A stretch of DNA of 34,252 nt from Catajapyx aquilonaris (lineage: Eukaryota), in NCBI GenBank assembly GCA_000934665.2, contig KZ539070.1, forward strand, positions 1-34,252. Direction: 5' to 3'. Numbering within the stretch: position 1 is the stretch's first letter; every line of letters begins with the position of its first letter. A program made the position numbers and the translations under genes. A model generated the notes under the pieces. It did not search any database. It was given only the letters and a program-made list of their open reading frames with translations, and was not told where the DNA came from. This document shows, piece by piece, positions 32,943 to 34,252 of the stretch.

Positions 32943-32988
32943 TTGACTATTGCAGTCCTAAACAGCTTTCTCTAACTGGTTGTATCCC
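32943..32988 (-). other. Candidate non-coding 5'UTR exon of ZFAND
   Basis: Strong acceptor tttcttattttcag| and donor CAA|gtaagt. A 66-nt intron leads to the A20 exon. Confidence 0.6.
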
Positions 32989-34110
32989 CTGAAAATAAGA
33001 AAGTCTTGCATTAATGCACAGTAGCTAAAATTACACTTAAAATTATTTTTTTCAACTGACTGAAGGGTTCAGTTACTTGACCTCTTGGGTGAATCTCTTT
33101 GAGGCCATTTATACAGCACCCTCCTCAAAACCGAATGCATTTCGAACGAGCTTAGATAGGTTCTAATTCGCAAAAATGAAAGCATTTACATAACCTGAAC
33201 CCAGTTTGCCTTCTCCATTGAATTTACCTGTTGGGAATAGTGCTACTGCCTAAAACTGATGACTCATACTCATCACCATTTTGCAGCTATGGAAATTTGA
33301 ACAAGCTGAGCAATGAGTTTGCTTGCCTGACATGCACCTGCCATCTTTGGAACAGAGAAGCAGATTTATTACTTACATTTGTAATTGAACATAAGTAGGC
33401 CTTATTTATATGCCTTGTTAAACTTGGGTTATTCATGACACAGTGAATCAAGTCCCCAACCAACCAAGGGCAGTTCTAACTGCAAGTGATGTCCTGTCAC
33501 TACTGCGTAAACTGCAACCACATTGTTATTTTTAATTTACAGTGTTTTAAAACAACCACCTTTAGATTACTCTTACAAATTCTAAAATATGACAGTATAA
33601 GTACAAAATAAGGGAGTATAAATAAATGACCAATATTGGTCAAGTACTATTCAGGTGTTCCAACATGGCTGCCCAAGGAGCAGAAATATGTGGTGGAATT
33701 TGCGTCTTTTACATTAGCAGTGACTCAGCGTACTGATCCTTAGCAACTGCTAAGCTTACTGCTGAAAATGGAATTTTCGTCATATTGCTATCATCTTTGT
33801 AAGCAGCCCCGAATGGACCGGATAGGAGATGGGGTATGTCAGCGCCTGCAGTGTGTTAGGAAAAGATTTGACATCCTCGGGAAGTTGTCATGTCTTGCTC
33901 ATGATAATTGGCAAGATACCTGTTGCCAAATTCACCACATGACAATACCACATCATTCCAAGACAAGTGTCTTTTGGGCCATATTGGCTATGGTCAAGGT
34001 CAATGACATTTCAGAGGGGGGTAAATTATGGATTATTCTCACATGACCCATGATTCCCACCTTGGCAGTATGTTAGAGAGACCCAAGGGTCATATCTAAC
34101 ACACCACTAA

Positions 34111-34252
34111 GGGCCAGTTGCACCGGCCTCAGTATAACTTAGAACCTCGGGTATAACAAGAATTGCCATAGCAATCATTGTTGACCAACAATGATTGCTA
34201 TGGCAATTCTTGTTATACCCGAGGCTCTAAGTTATACTGAGGCCGGTGCAAC
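34111..34252. mobile_element. Near-perfect palindromic Harbinger MITE, cut by the window edge
   Basis: TAA-GGGCCAGTTGCACC. About 67-bp arms with one mismatch and a 2-nt centre. Confidence 0.88.

Overview
Eukaryotic, arthropod-like genomic DNA (about 40% GC by eye, CpG-poor outside young repeats) with two spliced minus-strand genes in tandem. The first is a complete sialin-like SLC17 transporter: 8 coding exons at 1653-12565, 498 aa, with an N-terminal EDEPLL dileucine motif. Upstream lies a ZFAND5/6-like A20+AN1 zinc-finger gene: core exons at 21220-32790, 202 aa, plus a candidate 55-codon cassette exon. Introns and intergenic DNA are packed with non-autonomous or decayed transposons (mariner, Tc1/Tc3, pogo/Tigger, PIF/Harbinger, hAT, Kolobok, palindromic MITEs) and tRNA-derived SINEs, often nested. 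There is a 189-N assembly gap at 27101-27289. No new system is proven. The best leads are possible co-transcription or phase-compatible splicing of the two genes, a tandem-acceptor cassette exon carrying an NLS-like motif, a cloverleaf RNA with a GNRA hairpin in place of the anticodon arm, modular SINEs sharing one 3' tail, and an intronic duplication that preserves filled and empty insertion sites. All gene models and family assignments were read by eye from the sequence, without database searches.
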